A stretch of 64,000 nucleotides of DNA. It comes from Macrostomum lignano (lineage: Eukaryota). The stretch lies in the NCBI GenBank assembly GCA_002269645.1, contig NIVC01000374.1, forward strand, positions 372,001-436,000, given 5' to 3'. A program made the translations under genes and the position numbers. The notes below the pieces were generated by a model, which worked only from the letters and a program-made list of their open reading frames with translations, made no database searches and was not told the origin of the DNA. Every line of letters begins with the position of its first letter. Within the stretch, counting starts at the first letter, position 1. Shown here in pieces: positions 24,497 through 37,257 of the stretch.

Positions 24497-25622
24497 AAGC
24501 CGCATGTAAGCAGCAAGTGATGGAGCACCTGTCCAATGACTCATTCTAAGCGCGGTTAAGCAACAAACTACCCCATGTCCTACAATACGCTTTAGCTGAC
24601 TAATATAATTACTTTGCTAATAAGACTAAAGGTACATCCGTACGAAAAAATACATATTGGCAAATCTTATCAATTATCAGAACAACAAGCAACTAAAACT
24701 ATTGTTGTAGCTGGTTGGACCTGTTTACGATTTTTTCGCCTTCTATAATCTATAGCTATGTAAGAAAATCTGCGCTCAGTTTCAAGAATGCTGTACATGG
24801 AGTTTTTTGTTGACATCATTGATAAAAAGATTGCTTGATTTAAGAAAAGAACCATCAAATTAGGATTAATAATCCCTACTGCATGCTTTATTACGAGTAT
24901 ATAGCGTTTTTCATTTTACTTTTTTTCATTTCATTAGTTAGATTAGAACATATAGTACTTTCTTTGGGAAGTAGCCTCTGGGTCTGTCCGATCAAAGACG
25001 GATCAAGGAAGCGTTGGTGAATTGGGACGGGAGGAGGGCGTCGGCGGTTTCAAAGTTGATCTCGCGAACGAGCTATTCGCGAAGTTGCCAAGTGATCAAA
25101 CACTAGCTTGCTAAATTGGAAAAAATGGTGACAAAAATCGAAGGAAATGCGACAAGCAGGAACGTAAGACTGCAAGGAATCAATAAGGTAGGACGCCTGA
25201 AGAAGTTTATGGCCGTTCATTTGTCGCAGCATGGAACAGGATCGTTCGGTTGTGAATGTCTATTAAATAACGCACGGTTTAATCTTCAAAGACAGGTAAG
25301 GTTGTGCCATGGACTACTAAAAGCTACCGACGTAAAATACGCAATCATGCTATAATAAATTGATAAACTATATTCGTAGACTTCCAAGACGCGAAGGCCG
25401 CAAAGTCAACCCAAAAACGGTCTACTCTCCCGACAAAAACGGTACCTAGGCCAAGAAGTGTCCCAGAGACGTTGCAGGTAAATAGGAAAGAAACGACTCT
25501 AAAACGACTCCGAACGCTTCTATAACAAGTCATTTTAGTGACTCTGGGGGTGTAGATTCGTATCTGAGGCGCGCCAGTCGCTGTAGAATCACTGAGTTGC
25601 GTCTGAAGCGCATCTGCGTCAC

Positions 25623-26134
25623 CAGTGGTGTGATTGGAAAGTTTGCCAAATTTCGAGCCGACTGAAAATTTTCGCGCCATGCCAATAATATTCTACTGAT
25701 AGCCAAATAAGTCAATTGATGACACTTTTGAAGATGCGTCTGGCTACCAATTAGCATGTCTCTTAAGTCACAGCCGTGTCCCCCCTGAACTTCTTGTTGG
25801 CGATGTCTGCAGGCAGACGACTTCTCCTGCTGGTGATTGACGACGTTGACAGCAGATCAGCAGCCTTGCGCTTCAAGACGAGCTCAGCTAGCTTCTCTGC
25901 CTCCTTCTGCTTCTTCTTCTGCACATTCTGCTGCTGACGCCTGAGATTGAACTCAGTTTGTTAGATTAATCTCCTAAGCTATGACATTCTTGTATTTCAT
26001 ACTGTCTGACAAGAGAATAAGTGTAAAAAGCAGAAAATAAGAATGCAATTTTCGCGCCCATGGTTCCACAAAATTTCGCGCCAGACCCCCAGGATTCGCG
26101 CATTCGCGCCATTTTCGCGCCTGAATCACACCAC
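25623..26134 (-). mobile_element. Internally deleted hAT-type transposon carrying an ORF tail
   Basis: Termini CAGTGGTG...CACCACTG, perfect 8-bp TSD TGCGTCAC (25615-25622 and 26135-26142), and subterminal GGCGCGAAAA repeats. An internal minus-strand frame at about 25765-25940 reads RQQQNVQKKKQKEAEKLAELVLKRKAAD...TAVT*. Confidence 0.85.
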
Positions 26135-28672
26135 TGTGCGTCACTTCATGAATAAGAATCGCATTTCGCATTTATAAACACTCTGTTTAGTCTACTTGAG
26201 TTAGTAGAAAGTTAAGCGCTAACACGACTTTTGGACGTAATGTGTTCAGGACTCAAAATTTGCCTTTCCATCGCATTAGTCGTTTGAGTCGGTAAAAAGT
26301 CACAAGAGTCGATGCTAGAGTCACCTGTGAGTTGTCTTCAATAATTCTTTGGCGATTCTTGTCACGGTAACGAATACGGTAACTAACTTCAATATCGATT
26401 GATCAAATTATGAAATTTATTAACAGCCGAGTCGGAAAAAATTAATTTTGACCCTTTTTTACTTTGATGTAATTGTAGGCTTGCTAGTCTGTTAGGGGAG
26501 TTATCTCAGTCGTAGCTAAGGAACAGATGGGCGAGTCAAAGAGCACCTTCTCCCAAAATTAGGCTTGACTTTGGTCTGGTAAAACAGATGATTTCGATTA
26601 TCACTGTTTCATCTTGAAGAATCTCGAAGCTGAATAAATTCTCCACTGCAATTTACTGATGGCTTTCGATTGCAGACAAAATGTCTACAAAGACAATCCG
26701 TCTAGCTACAGATTTACGTACTACTCGTATATTATATATTACTTAAGTTGTATCATATTCTAAGAAAACCACAAGCTAATAGAACATAAAACGCATGGAA
26801 TAGATTAAAATAATACACAAAACGCAATGCAAAGTGCAACAAATTTACTTTCTATACTACTGATAAGTAGCCAGTCACAGACATGCACTTGATGCTACAT
26901 AGAAAAATTTTACCAGAAAATGATTCAGTTGAAATCAGTCACAAGAGTCACAAGAAGATGAAGCACTTCGATATATTCAATAAAAAAGGTGGATTATTAT
27001 ATTTTTCATATTTTCTACTTCTGCATGCCTGTTAGCTGTAGCATACTTCTTTACTTTACGTTTAACTATTAAGCATTTTATTCCAAAAAAATGGCACATT
27101 TTACACTGTGCTACTATTACTTATCAGCAGTCAACGCAGTAGTCAAAAGTCTAATATATAATTAAGGCACTTGTTGTTTTTCGACACGGAAATAGCAGAC
27201 CTTAATCTAACAAAAAGTTACAAATCAAAGTAATTAAAGAAATAATATAAGCATCGAGAAATTGGCAGATTCTAGTTACTAAGGCATTAATATTTATTTC
27301 TGTTGTTCCAGTCTGCTATTACATGCAATTCCCAAAAAATACAGAATAAAAGTGCAAAGCGCGTCCAAGTAATGATAATAATATTCAACTGGAATGCACT
27401 AAGGGCGTGTATATTAATTCTAGCTAAAAATAACACTCCGTCAGAGATACAAATCTGTGAGCAATATGATATGTTAATTGTTCTTTCCAGAAAAATCATC
27501 AAATAAAAATTTACAGACCAAATTATTGATTGCACTTGCGTAAGCTGAGGTGCTTTAAAAAGGTCTAGCTAGCAATAAAATGTGCCTTACAAATTAGAAA
27601 GAAAAACTCTAAAGTAAAAAAAACCATTGCCTTGACGCTTACTTTGTCACAACCACGGATACTAGAATAACTGGATGGGCCAGCCACTCAGCAAATTTGC
27701 GTGTAAGCTAGTTCAGTAGTAAGTTGAAGGGAAGCATTTGAATGGGTATTTTTAAAGCCAAGGCTCATTTAATGACTCTTTCCCCCAGATTAAACCATCC
27801 AATCGCGCCTTTCCACACTACCCCCTCCGCCCGCCCCAATTTTTATTGCCTTTCTCGGACTCCCAGCCTAAAGCTGCCATGTACATTCAGTGGACTGGCC
27901 AATGTACATTATTGCTGAACCAATTAGCAAGTTGTTTTCGCCTGCAAGTATGGAATTCTAAACTTGTCAAAGTCATTTCAGCTGCTTTTATTCTTATAAA
28001 ATAGTTTATATATTCTTATTTGCTACTGAACTGAAAGTAGAAAGCTGTTTTACTAAGTATATCTGAATGAGTGGCCCATTTAGTTATTTTAGTATCTGTG
28101 GTCGCAACTTGGCACTTGAAATGTTTATTCTAATCTTCTCTAACTTTAATAAAGAAGGTTAATTAGCAGGAAATAAAACTACAACACAAGATTGGTTATT
28201 TGAGCAGAGCTAAATGAATCACAACCATGATGTCTTGCAAATTGTGATTGTGATTTAAATACAATACAATAACTGCCTATCTTTAAAGCCTTAAGTACTG
28301 GACTAATAATATACTACTAAAACTAATAACTATGTGTGAAAAATACATGTTTAACTAAGGTACAAATGTGTGCTTTGATCGAGTTCAACAATAGCTATAC
28401 TACTAAAATGGCTTAGTACTGTCTGACATCTGACTACATAAATTATTTAACTTCGAATATATTCTACACAGAATAAGAGTTAAAAAACTGCTTATGAAAT
28501 GTCAGCAAGACTTAAAGAAGCTATAAAAATCTGCGTGGTACTACAGCAGGTGAATCAAAGATTTTTATTATTAGCGAAATAGGCACGTACTGGTATTTAA
28601 GTTGGACACAAAGACAGATTGAAGAAAATACAGTGGGGACAGACAGTCAATCAGTCAGAAAGACGCAAGATG

Positions 28673-28673
<1 letters not shown>

Positions 28674-28740
<67 letters not shown>

Positions 28741-28781
28741 CACAGACAGACAGACAGACAGAGAGACAGACAGACAGACAC

Positions 28782-28818
<37 letters not shown>

Positions 28819-28865
28819 GAGACACACAGACAGACAGACAGACAGAGAGACAGACAGACAGACAC

Positions 28866-28962
<97 letters not shown>

Positions 28963-29010
28963 GAGACAGACAGACAGACAGACACACAGACAGACAGGCA
29001 GACAGAGAGA
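28674..29010. repeat. (GACA)n microsatellite
   Basis: Direct reading. Confidence 0.97.
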
Positions 29011-29217
29011 CAAACAAGCAGGTAGGCACTATAACAGGACCAGACAGGTTCCCAAATACAGGCAAACTGACACTAAGAATGAATGATAAAAAAGACCCGC
29101 AGACAGCACAACAAATACAAGAAGACAAGCGCCAAGACACAGAGACAAGCAGACACTGTTGGACCCACACAGGCGAAACGAAATTAAATGTAACCAGACG
29201 TTTCTAGATTCCTAGAT

Positions 29218-29556
29218 TCACCGAGCTTTCTTAGAACTAGAACCCTGCGAAACGCCCTCAGGACTGGCGCTGGACGCTCCGCCGCCAAGACCGTAGCTGG
29301 ATGACTTGCGGATTTCAGTGACGCCAATGAGCTTTCTGGCACCGTAGGACATGAAAACCAATAGCAGGACAAATAGACAGCAGTTCAGCTTAGACTGGAC
29401 AATGTAAGGCAATACGAAGACTGCAAACACTAGGATGGACCAGGCCAACCAGATCAGATAGGCGGTGATGTCTTTGTTACGGCGAGCCAAATGCATATCG
29501 GTGGCCGCTTGGTCTGGGAACTGGCCGTGCTTGAAGTAGTAATCCAGGGCGTCGTC
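29218..29556 (-). CDS. AGPAT3/4: 1-acylglycerol-3-phosphate O-acyltransferase (AGPAT3/4, LPAAT gamma/delta-like), exon 3
   Basis: gatacttcag|GAC acceptor. Two hydrophobic segments, then RKLIGVTEIRKSSSYG (cf. RRLIGVTEI.KGSSYG) and a C-terminal KKAR* KKxx ER-retrieval signal. Confidence 0.92.
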   Translation of the reverse strand, partial: DDALDYYFKHGQFPDQAATDMHLARRNKDITAYLIWLAWSILVFAVFVLPYIVQSKLNCCLFVLLLVFMSYGARKLIGVTEIRKSSSYGLGGGASSASPEGVSQGSSSKKAR

Positions 29557-29619
29557 CTGAAGTATCACAAATTTAATTATTCATAGAGAGTTAGGTAACT
29601 GGCGGTGAACATCAAAGCT

Positions 29620-30270
29620 TGAATTTGAATACCTGGGTTAGGGGAATGGCGGCAATTGACTTTGAATACCTAGGGTGGAGGAATGGCGGTAATTGACTTT
29701 GAATACCTAGGGTGGAGGAATGGCGGTAATTGACTTTGAATACCTGGGGTGGAGGAATGGCGGTAATTAGCTTTGAATACCTGGGGTGGAGGAATGGCGG
29801 TAATTAGCTTTGAATACCTGGGGTGGAGGAATGGCGGTAATTAGCTTTGAATACCTGGGGTGGAGGAATGGCAGTAATTAGCTTTGAATACCTGGGGTGG
29901 AGGAATGGCGGTAATTAGCTTTGAATACCTGGGGTGGAGGAATGGCAGTAATTAGCTTTGAACACCTGGGGTGGGGGGCATGGCAGTAATTAGCTTTGAA
30001 TACCTGGGGTGGGGCATGGCAGCAATTAGCTTTGAACACCTGGGGTGGAGGAATGGCGGTAATTAGCTTTGAATACCTGGGGTGGAGGAATGGCGGTAAT
30101 TAGCTTTGAATACCTGGGGTGGGGGCATGGCAGCAATTAGCTTTGAACACCTGGGGTGGAGGAATGGCGGTAATTGACTTTGAATACCTGGGGTGGAGGA
30201 ATGGCGGTAATTAGCTTTGAATACCTGGGTGGGGGGAATGGCGGTAATTAGCTTTGAATACCTAGGGTGG
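29620..30270. repeat. 37-bp minisatellite (TTGAATACCTGGGGTGGAGGAATGGCGGTAATTAGCT) in AGPAT intron 2
   Basis: About 17 tandem copies; variants include CG>CA. Confidence 0.95.
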
Positions 30271-30453
30271 GGCATGGGGGCAGTTAGTTTTTTATATAAG
30301 AAAAAACTGCCTACTAGGCCTAGGGGAGTCTCTTCACAACACTGAAATTTTCTAGAGGGATTCTAATTGGGGATTGATACCGGGATGAAGAGATCTCTAA
30401 TTATGGACCAATGTTAGATTAAGTGATTTCTAATCAGGAGACTTTTTACTGAC

Positions 30454-30954
30454 CTTTTTCTTATAGAGATCGAACAGCCATTTCGAGCACTCCGCGTCGT
30501 CGCTGGGCACATCGTCCAGGGGGATTCGCTCGCAAAGGAAGTCAGCCCGACAGGGACGGCCATTCAAGGCAGCCATCATAGTTGGATCCTCGCCTGCTGG
30601 CACGGCCAGGGTCATATCGTAGATGCAGGAGGCGCGGCCTTTCAGAGACTGCAACAGCAGAATGAAGCCGCGAGTGCGCGGCAGCAGAAGGTGCCGCATT
30701 GGAGAGAGGCCTTTGGCGGCGGCGACTTCGTTGCATGCGGCCAGTTTGGCCTCGGTGAACCTGGTGCCCTCGGGGAAGAACAGCACGCTGACCGGGTGCT
30801 CCTTCGGGTAGGAGATCATCTCCTTGGAGTGGTACTCCAGTACTCGACGGTCGTGATCGAGGTTTCTAGATAGGAACATGCACTCGGTGAAGTAGAAGGA
30901 CCAGCCGATGATGGGGATGAACTTTAGCACCTTCTTGCCCACCATCTTGGAGCT
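30454..30954 (-). CDS. AGPAT3/4: AGPAT3/4-like acyltransferase, exon 2
   Basis: cccccgcag|AGC acceptor and AAG|gtcagt donor. Contains the acyltransferase motifs KFIPIIGW, FFPEGTRFT and LLPRTRGF. Confidence 0.95.
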
Positions 30955-31034
30955 CTGCGGGGGAAAAAGGGGAGATCAAATTCAAGTAATTTTTGAGTTG
31001 TTTGGGGTTGCCTGTCGAGCTGGCCAGCAACAGA

Positions 31035-31565
31035 AATTTATGAGGCTGGCTCAGCAACTGGGGATCTGGGAGGCTGGCCCAGCAACTGACACTCTGGGAG
31101 GCTGGCTCAGCAACTGGGGATCTGGGAGGCTGGCCCAGCAACTGACACTCTGGGAGGCTGGCCCAGCAACTGAGAATCTGAAAGGCTGGCCCAGCAACTG
31201 GGGATCTGGGAGGCTGGCCCAGCAACTGAGGATCTGGGAGGCTGGCTCAGCAACTGAGGATCTGGGAGGCTGGCCCAGCAACTGAGAATCTGAAAGGCTG
31301 GCCCAGCAACTGAGGATCTGGGAGGCTGGCTCAGCAACTGAGGATCTGGGAGGCTGGCCCAGCAACTGAGAATCTGAAAGGCTGGCCCAGCAACTGAGGA
31401 TCTGGGAGGCTGGCCCAGCAACTGAGAATCTGAAAGGCTGGCCCAGCAACTGAGGATCTGGGAGGCTGGCTCAGCAACTGAGGATCTGGGAGGCTGGCCC
31501 AGCAACTGAGAATCTGAAAGGCTGGCCCAGCAACTGAGGATCTGGGAGGCTGGCCCAGCAACTGG
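31035..31565. repeat. 28-29-bp minisatellite (GATCTGGGAGGCTGGCCCAGCAACTGAG) in AGPAT intron 1
   Basis: About 18 tandem copies; source of the spurious ORF extensions. Confidence 0.95.
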
Positions 31566-31610
31566 AATTAGAAAGTTTTGGCCACACGCACCAGCACCCA
31601 GTTCGCTCAC

Positions 31611-31955
31611 CCCAAGCATTCCCAGGCGTTCAACAGCGCACCAGCCGAGCATCCAGTCCGTCTCGTAGCGATGATTCATAATCACAATACTGTGCTCGGT
31701 GCCCAGGTGAGGCACCTGCTCAGGCCGCACAAACATACGAATTTTACTGTTAGCATACCATTGCGACAGCATAGTAAACTGGCACCAGATTTGGAAGGCC
31801 AGCCATGAATTGAGCTTTCTATAAAGCCAGCGACTAAATGGCCAAACTAGCAGAGTGAGCAGTTGAAGAAAATTCACAGTCAGGCCAATAACTAGAAAGC
31901 CCCAGATCAACAGGATGTGAACTGGGGGTAGGCGCTTCCACCAACTGCCGGGCAT
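31611..31955 (-). CDS. AGPAT3/4: AGPAT3/4-like acyltransferase, exon 1
   Basis: ATG at 31955, N-terminal TM segment, catalytic NHRYETD (HX4D) motif, and GGG|gtgagc donor. The spliced product is 394 aa. Confidence 0.95.
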
Positions 31956-32564
31956 GTTGATTTGACTTTTAATTTAAAGTATTCCAATTATGGAAAATTG
32001 CAACTTCTTGCATGCAATATAATTATACTACTGTAAAGCCAATGATTGATTGGTATAATAAACAACAAAAATATTTCAAAATAGGATGATGTTCTAATCA
32101 GCTAGTAATAAAAATCACTCTTAAAGTACATTAAAGAAGGCCAATTGTGAAGTTGAAGTTGAACAAACACATTGTCAATCAAGTACATGAAATTCCTAGA
32201 AACCATAATACACAATGAGGCCTAGAATTAATTGCAAATATTGTCTTAACCTATACACACTACAACAGATTCACCATTGCCACTATCAGTCCCACTATGC
32301 TATATGCAATTTGAAAGACCTTGACTAGTCAGAAAAGTCTGAAAAAACTGACAATAATTTGCAAATCATAAAGACAAGTAGACTTTATTAAGGTTTTTAA
32401 ATGTCAAAATTATGAATTTTCACAAATCTAATATAGAAAGCGCTTACCATTATTTTATGATTTCAAAAAAGCCTTAACTTATTAAAATTAGTTTAGGATT
32501 CTTTTAAAATGGATTTATATTTTTAATAATAGCAGTCTAACTTATATGTGGGATAATTAGGCGG

Positions 32565-32830
32565 CTACACTAGAGCAGCAACTGAACTGGACAAGAGCGT
32601 TGGGACCAAAGCCCTGTGCAATTGGGCCAAGCTGCAACACCCATCCACCATCCTGCACTGGCGGCAACTTCAACTGGCAGGCCATGTGATCCAGGCCAAG
32701 AGCTACTTCCCCCAACCTGTTCAGGACGTCCTGCTGCTCAACTTGTAGGGTCCATTCAAGCGGGATCAGGCCCAAACCTGTCAATGTACAGACTGCCTAC
32801 TGTGCGATGCAGGGGCACCTGACACTGCCA
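32565..32830 (+). mobile_element. Decayed 3' fragment of an RTE-clade non-LTR retrotransposon ORF
   Basis: Frame ...KLQHPSTILHWRQLQLAGHVIQAKSYFPQPVQDVLLLNL*GPFKRDQA... resembles the post-RT RRL.LAGH..R...P...LL..G.RG motif of RTE LINEs. In-frame stop present. Confidence 0.65.
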
Positions 32831-33346
32831 ACAGAATAGACTTTGTTTGCTCCCAGGCTCTGTGGCATGTCATCTGACATGTTCTGCTCTAACTATGACA
32901 TTTTGCTTGCAGGGCCATATACTTTTTGTTGTTGTTGTTGTTATGAGATAAATATAAATCAATATATATTTTAATAAAAACAAAGAATTCTTCAACTATA
33001 AGTATGACAATAAAAGCATTTTATTACTTGATTTTTATTTCTATCTAAATATTTGAGACCACCTTAAGTTTATAAGAGCTAGATATATTTAACTTTAGTA
33101 CTACAGTTAGAGCTATTAAGACTGTTTAGGAGAGGGCTTCATTTAGATGTATTTGTATTGATTCACCTACCTGTACTGTTTATCATACCATTATTTTTTG
33201 TATACATGTTTTAGCCCCATCCCCCATTTGTAATATGTTTAGCAGTACCCACCCCATTTATTTAGAAAAATTGATTTGTTGATTTAATTATATAATTATT
33301 GGTCTCTCTAGGAAGAGTGTGCTTTGTTTTGCTTCTTTGGCTAATA

Positions 33347-33390
33347 GCCAAAAATAAAGCCTTATTTGTGAAGACTCAATTCATTGCATG
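33347..33390 (+). other. Degenerate flatworm spliced-leader-like sequence without a downstream splice donor
   Basis: ...CTTATTTGTGAAGACTCAATTCATTGCATG versus the recalled Macrostomum lignano SL end CTTACTGCGAAGACTCAATTTATTGCATG (20 of the last 21 nt match). Followed by AACC, not GT. Confidence 0.6.
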
Positions 33391-34189
33391 AACCTTCAAA
33401 ACAGAGATTGCTCTAGAATAGAGATCCAATAAGACTAATAATAGTGATATTTACCAAGGCAAGTATAACCAATTAGAAATTATGCAGTGCATAAAATGAT
33501 AGTCTAATCTCTAACTAAGTTAGTCTCAATGCTTACATCTTTCCAAGTATTGAAAGAATTTGTGCCTCTGCTCCTTTGGCTAGATTAAACAAAGACTTCT
33601 ATGTCTAACAAGGAGCATACTAAAGATACTAGGAGATCCTACCATTTAGATCTAATGGATCTAATAGCAATAGCACTACAATGAAGTCCTTGAATAAGAA
33701 ACAAAGTTTAGGATAAAACATCTTAATGGGAGACCTGTCTAGAGTTAAATCCATAGGTAAGTAAGTAAAATTTAGTATATAAGGGAATGCAAGGATGAGC
33801 TTAATCTGTTTCAATAATTGAAGCTGCTGTTACTGAGCTTCAAGTAGGTTACAAGCTATTATCTTAACAACTTGTTAATTTCTTAGAAGCAGAAGCAGCA
33901 GAAAAACAAGCCAAAATTATAAAGCTAAACAAATAGCTTTGTTGCCATTTACAAATGTACATTAGGATTCTAAATGTTTTTATAGTATATGGATGCCATG
34001 GTATCCTGACTTTCATTTAGGCATCTTGGATTTAGAACCCAAATGCCAAATTGACATGCTGTTTTTGAGATTGATACCAACTTACTAAATTCTAGTAAGT
34101 TAACTGTGATAAATTAACTTAACTTAGGCCTATCTAATAGATCTTTCTATATCTTCCAAAATCTGCCCTCCATTTTTACTATTAAGAAT

Positions 34190-34385
34190 CAGCCCCCTGG
34201 GTCTTTACCTTCTAGTATCTGCCTTACTGGGTCTTTACCTTCCAGTATTTGCCCCACTTGGTCTTTACCCTCTAGAATCTACCCTCTGGGTCTTCACCCT
34301 CCAGAATCTGCCTTTCCCCTGGTTTTTTACCTTCTAGAATCAGCCCCTTAGGTCTTTACCCTCTAGAATCCACTTTTGGGTCTTT
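34190..34385. repeat. Degenerate tandem repeat of about 30 bp (GGTCTTTACCCTCTAGAATCTGCCCC..)
   Basis: About 6 diverged copies. Confidence 0.8.
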
Positions 34386-37257
34386 ACTAAATTACACATT
34401 TGTACTCCCATTATTGGCCCACCACCACCTCACTTTCCTTTGCTGCCAGTTCTCTTATTTCTATTCTATTCAAAAGTTTGAATTGATGTGCTATCCGTCT
34501 TTTAGAGTTTATAAACTCTAGACTCTTTGTGTACCAGATTATAATAATTAAGGAAGGATTAATTAAGGATTAAGGAAGTTCGCGGGCCGCATAGAAAGTC
34601 TTTGCAGGCTGGAGGTTGCCAACCCCTGTTGTATAGTGTCTCAAGATCAATATTTTTTTGGTTTATTTTGTACATTTGTTACCCATGTGTTATTTTGGCT
34701 AATGATGATAATGCATTTGCTGTCCTATTGCAAAGTTTATTTGTAATAAACAAATATTTAGTATATAAGTCAGTCAACATTTAAAATAGGATCTGGGTTT
34801 TTAAAAATGAGTAGGCCTATGTTATCTTTACTTTAAGTATTTTTAAGATATACAATCCAGATCCAGATATTTCCTTTTAGTATTATACACATGAATACTG
34901 ACGTTGTATTTCATATTTTGTTGGCAGACGAAATAACTGCATTGTTTTGCGAAATAACTGCAACGAAATAACTCCATCAGGAACAACCATTACAGGACTT
35001 TATACCATAAAATATTCTGTGATGATTTCCAAACTTGAATTGTTAGAAGCTAAGTCAACTTTTAAGCATGATATTTTCTGTCTCCAAGAACCTTGATCCT
35101 TGGATAATTGACACAAAAAGTAACGATAAACTTCTCAACAATGTCAACAAATTTTATGACAACTACATAATATTTCAAAAGTCTGCAAACAAAAAAGGAA
35201 GCAACTTTATTGGTAGGGCATCTTGTGAAAAATAAATAAATATTTAAATATATATTATTTATATTATTTATATTGTATACATTATATATTTATAAAAAAT
35301 ATCGCTTGAAATTAATTTGGACAGTCGCGCGTCTATAACGTCTATAACGGCGTCTTCAGAGGAATGAACAAATGCTTCTTGGAAATCACATTTGAAAAGC
35401 AAAATAATTAGATAAAACAAACTAATTAATAAGAAAAGCTATTTAAATGCATTAACTAATACTGTTATAATATTATAATATAATATTGTTGTGTGAAATA
35501 ACTACTTGAAAACTATGCACTGTTTTTTTATTGTCACTGAAACACTTAATCATACAGAAGATGTCTCGAAGTCGAAAATAATCCAATCTAATGATAGCAA
35601 TCATTAAAATATGGTTCCATCAACAGACCATGACTATGGGGGGGGTCACAAGGTCGGAATTTTACAACGTCGAAAGCACCTTCATAACATAAGTTCAAAA
35701 TTTTAGAACATCGAAAACTCAACTGTAGCAGCCATTTCACTGCACAAGGTCGCAACTTCAAGGTCGAAATTTCACACAAGCTCGCGGAATTTGACAAACG
35801 TCGAAAGTTTAAACAAAAATCATGCAGTACGTGAAGTTTTGGCGTTAAGAATTTCGTTATTTGATCGGCCCCATGAAGTCTGGCCCTTGTTTTCGACGTT
35901 GTGAAGGACAGTTGAATTCGACCTTGTAAATTACTGTAAGCACCCGGATTATAGTGTCTCTTAAAGTTCTTTACCCCGGCAGGCAACAGCAGTTTAAAAC
36001 TTATTGACCTCAACTCTTCGTCATAAATGTAACTCCGTATACATGTATACATCTGGCTCAAAGAAATTTCTGGTCCGTGCATTTATACGTTAAATATACG
36101 ATAGTACGTACGGTGGCAGCTTCACTAGTTTAACGTCGACGTTAAATCCTCATGGTCTGATCTGTTGTCTGAAGATCGTGCGAACATATATATGTACATG
36201 TACATGAAGTAAACCTAAACGACAAAACCTACAGACCGCGATCGCCAACGATTTTCTATCCCCCCCCCTGATATTTAAAGGACCCCGTGGCAGACTGAGA
36301 GAGTTGTAGTTGTATCTACTGAATATATAAATGTTTGAACGCAAAGAATTGTGCTGGAGATTTAGGACTGGAGTGCGTGAATTCGAATTCTGCACTTAAT
36401 ATCATGTATATGCACGCTGATCAAATCCCCCTGCAGACCCAATTCCATTGATTCTTTATCTGAAAAACTGTTTAAACAGTAATTACTGTTAACAAATTGA
36501 GAAGCTAAAGAAATCAGCAAAATAAGTACACATATGCGTGTAACATGTAATTATATAGAAGTTAGAAGTTAGAACATGTCTCGCATATTGTACTAGCGTA
36601 TATATCACTTTATTCTCTGGTGCCAAAACCACTTGTGCTAAAATTGTGAAGCTAAAGGCCTTAGTGTCAATTTTTTCGTGATTGTCGGGAGTTTCAGGAT
36701 GTTTCCTCATTTGTCAGGCGTGTCAGGATGTTTCATGCAGGAGTGTCAAGAGGGTCAGAAATACCATCACTATCATACAGGAGCGTCAGGAGTGTCACTT
36801 TTAGGAGTATTGGCGGCTCTTGCAAAGTTCTTCAAAGCAGCAATAAAAAAATCAAAACTTTTAAGTTTGAAAGAAGAAGTCTTAGCTTATAGTTCTACAA
36901 CTTTGAAAAGGTTGCACTGTAACAAAAAAATGAAGGCGAATTTTATAGCTTTTTTGTCTATCAAACTCAAAAGTGCTTTGACGCGAACAATATTTCCAAA
37001 ATTAATCGGTGAAAACTTTTCGCGTTCCAAAAAAGTTCAGTGTGAACTTTACTTAAGCTACGAATTCGTACCCTCATTTTGACAAGAAATGAAAATCAAT
37101 AGCATTAAATAGAAGCGTCAAAAGAAACTACGTACGAGGTGAGTCGTACATAGGAACCGAGATGAGTGTTATGTAACAGCGTTCCTTAAATTTGTTCTTA
37201 AAATAGCCAGTCTTTTTAAAGTACATCTTGTCCCCGTCTAATCTAACAGTGTCCTTT

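Noticed and set aside
24008-24544. Minus-strand ORF MRLLIIAFLVV..(DHGIPEDSLV)n as the real product of the 30-bp repeat
   Set aside because: The plus strand has a consensus-spliced signal exon, conserved dibasic sites and silent variation, whereas the same variable base changes N/D on the minus strand.
33391-33760. Decayed reading frame after the SL-like sequence (DIYQGKYNQLEIMQCIK, faintly kinase-like)
   Set aside because: Many stops, and any identity needs speculative back-mutation; requires tBLASTx.
35588-36082. 164-aa minus-strand ORF
   Set aside because: No recognisable domain or splice context, and it overlaps a motif-repeat array; probably a chance ORF.
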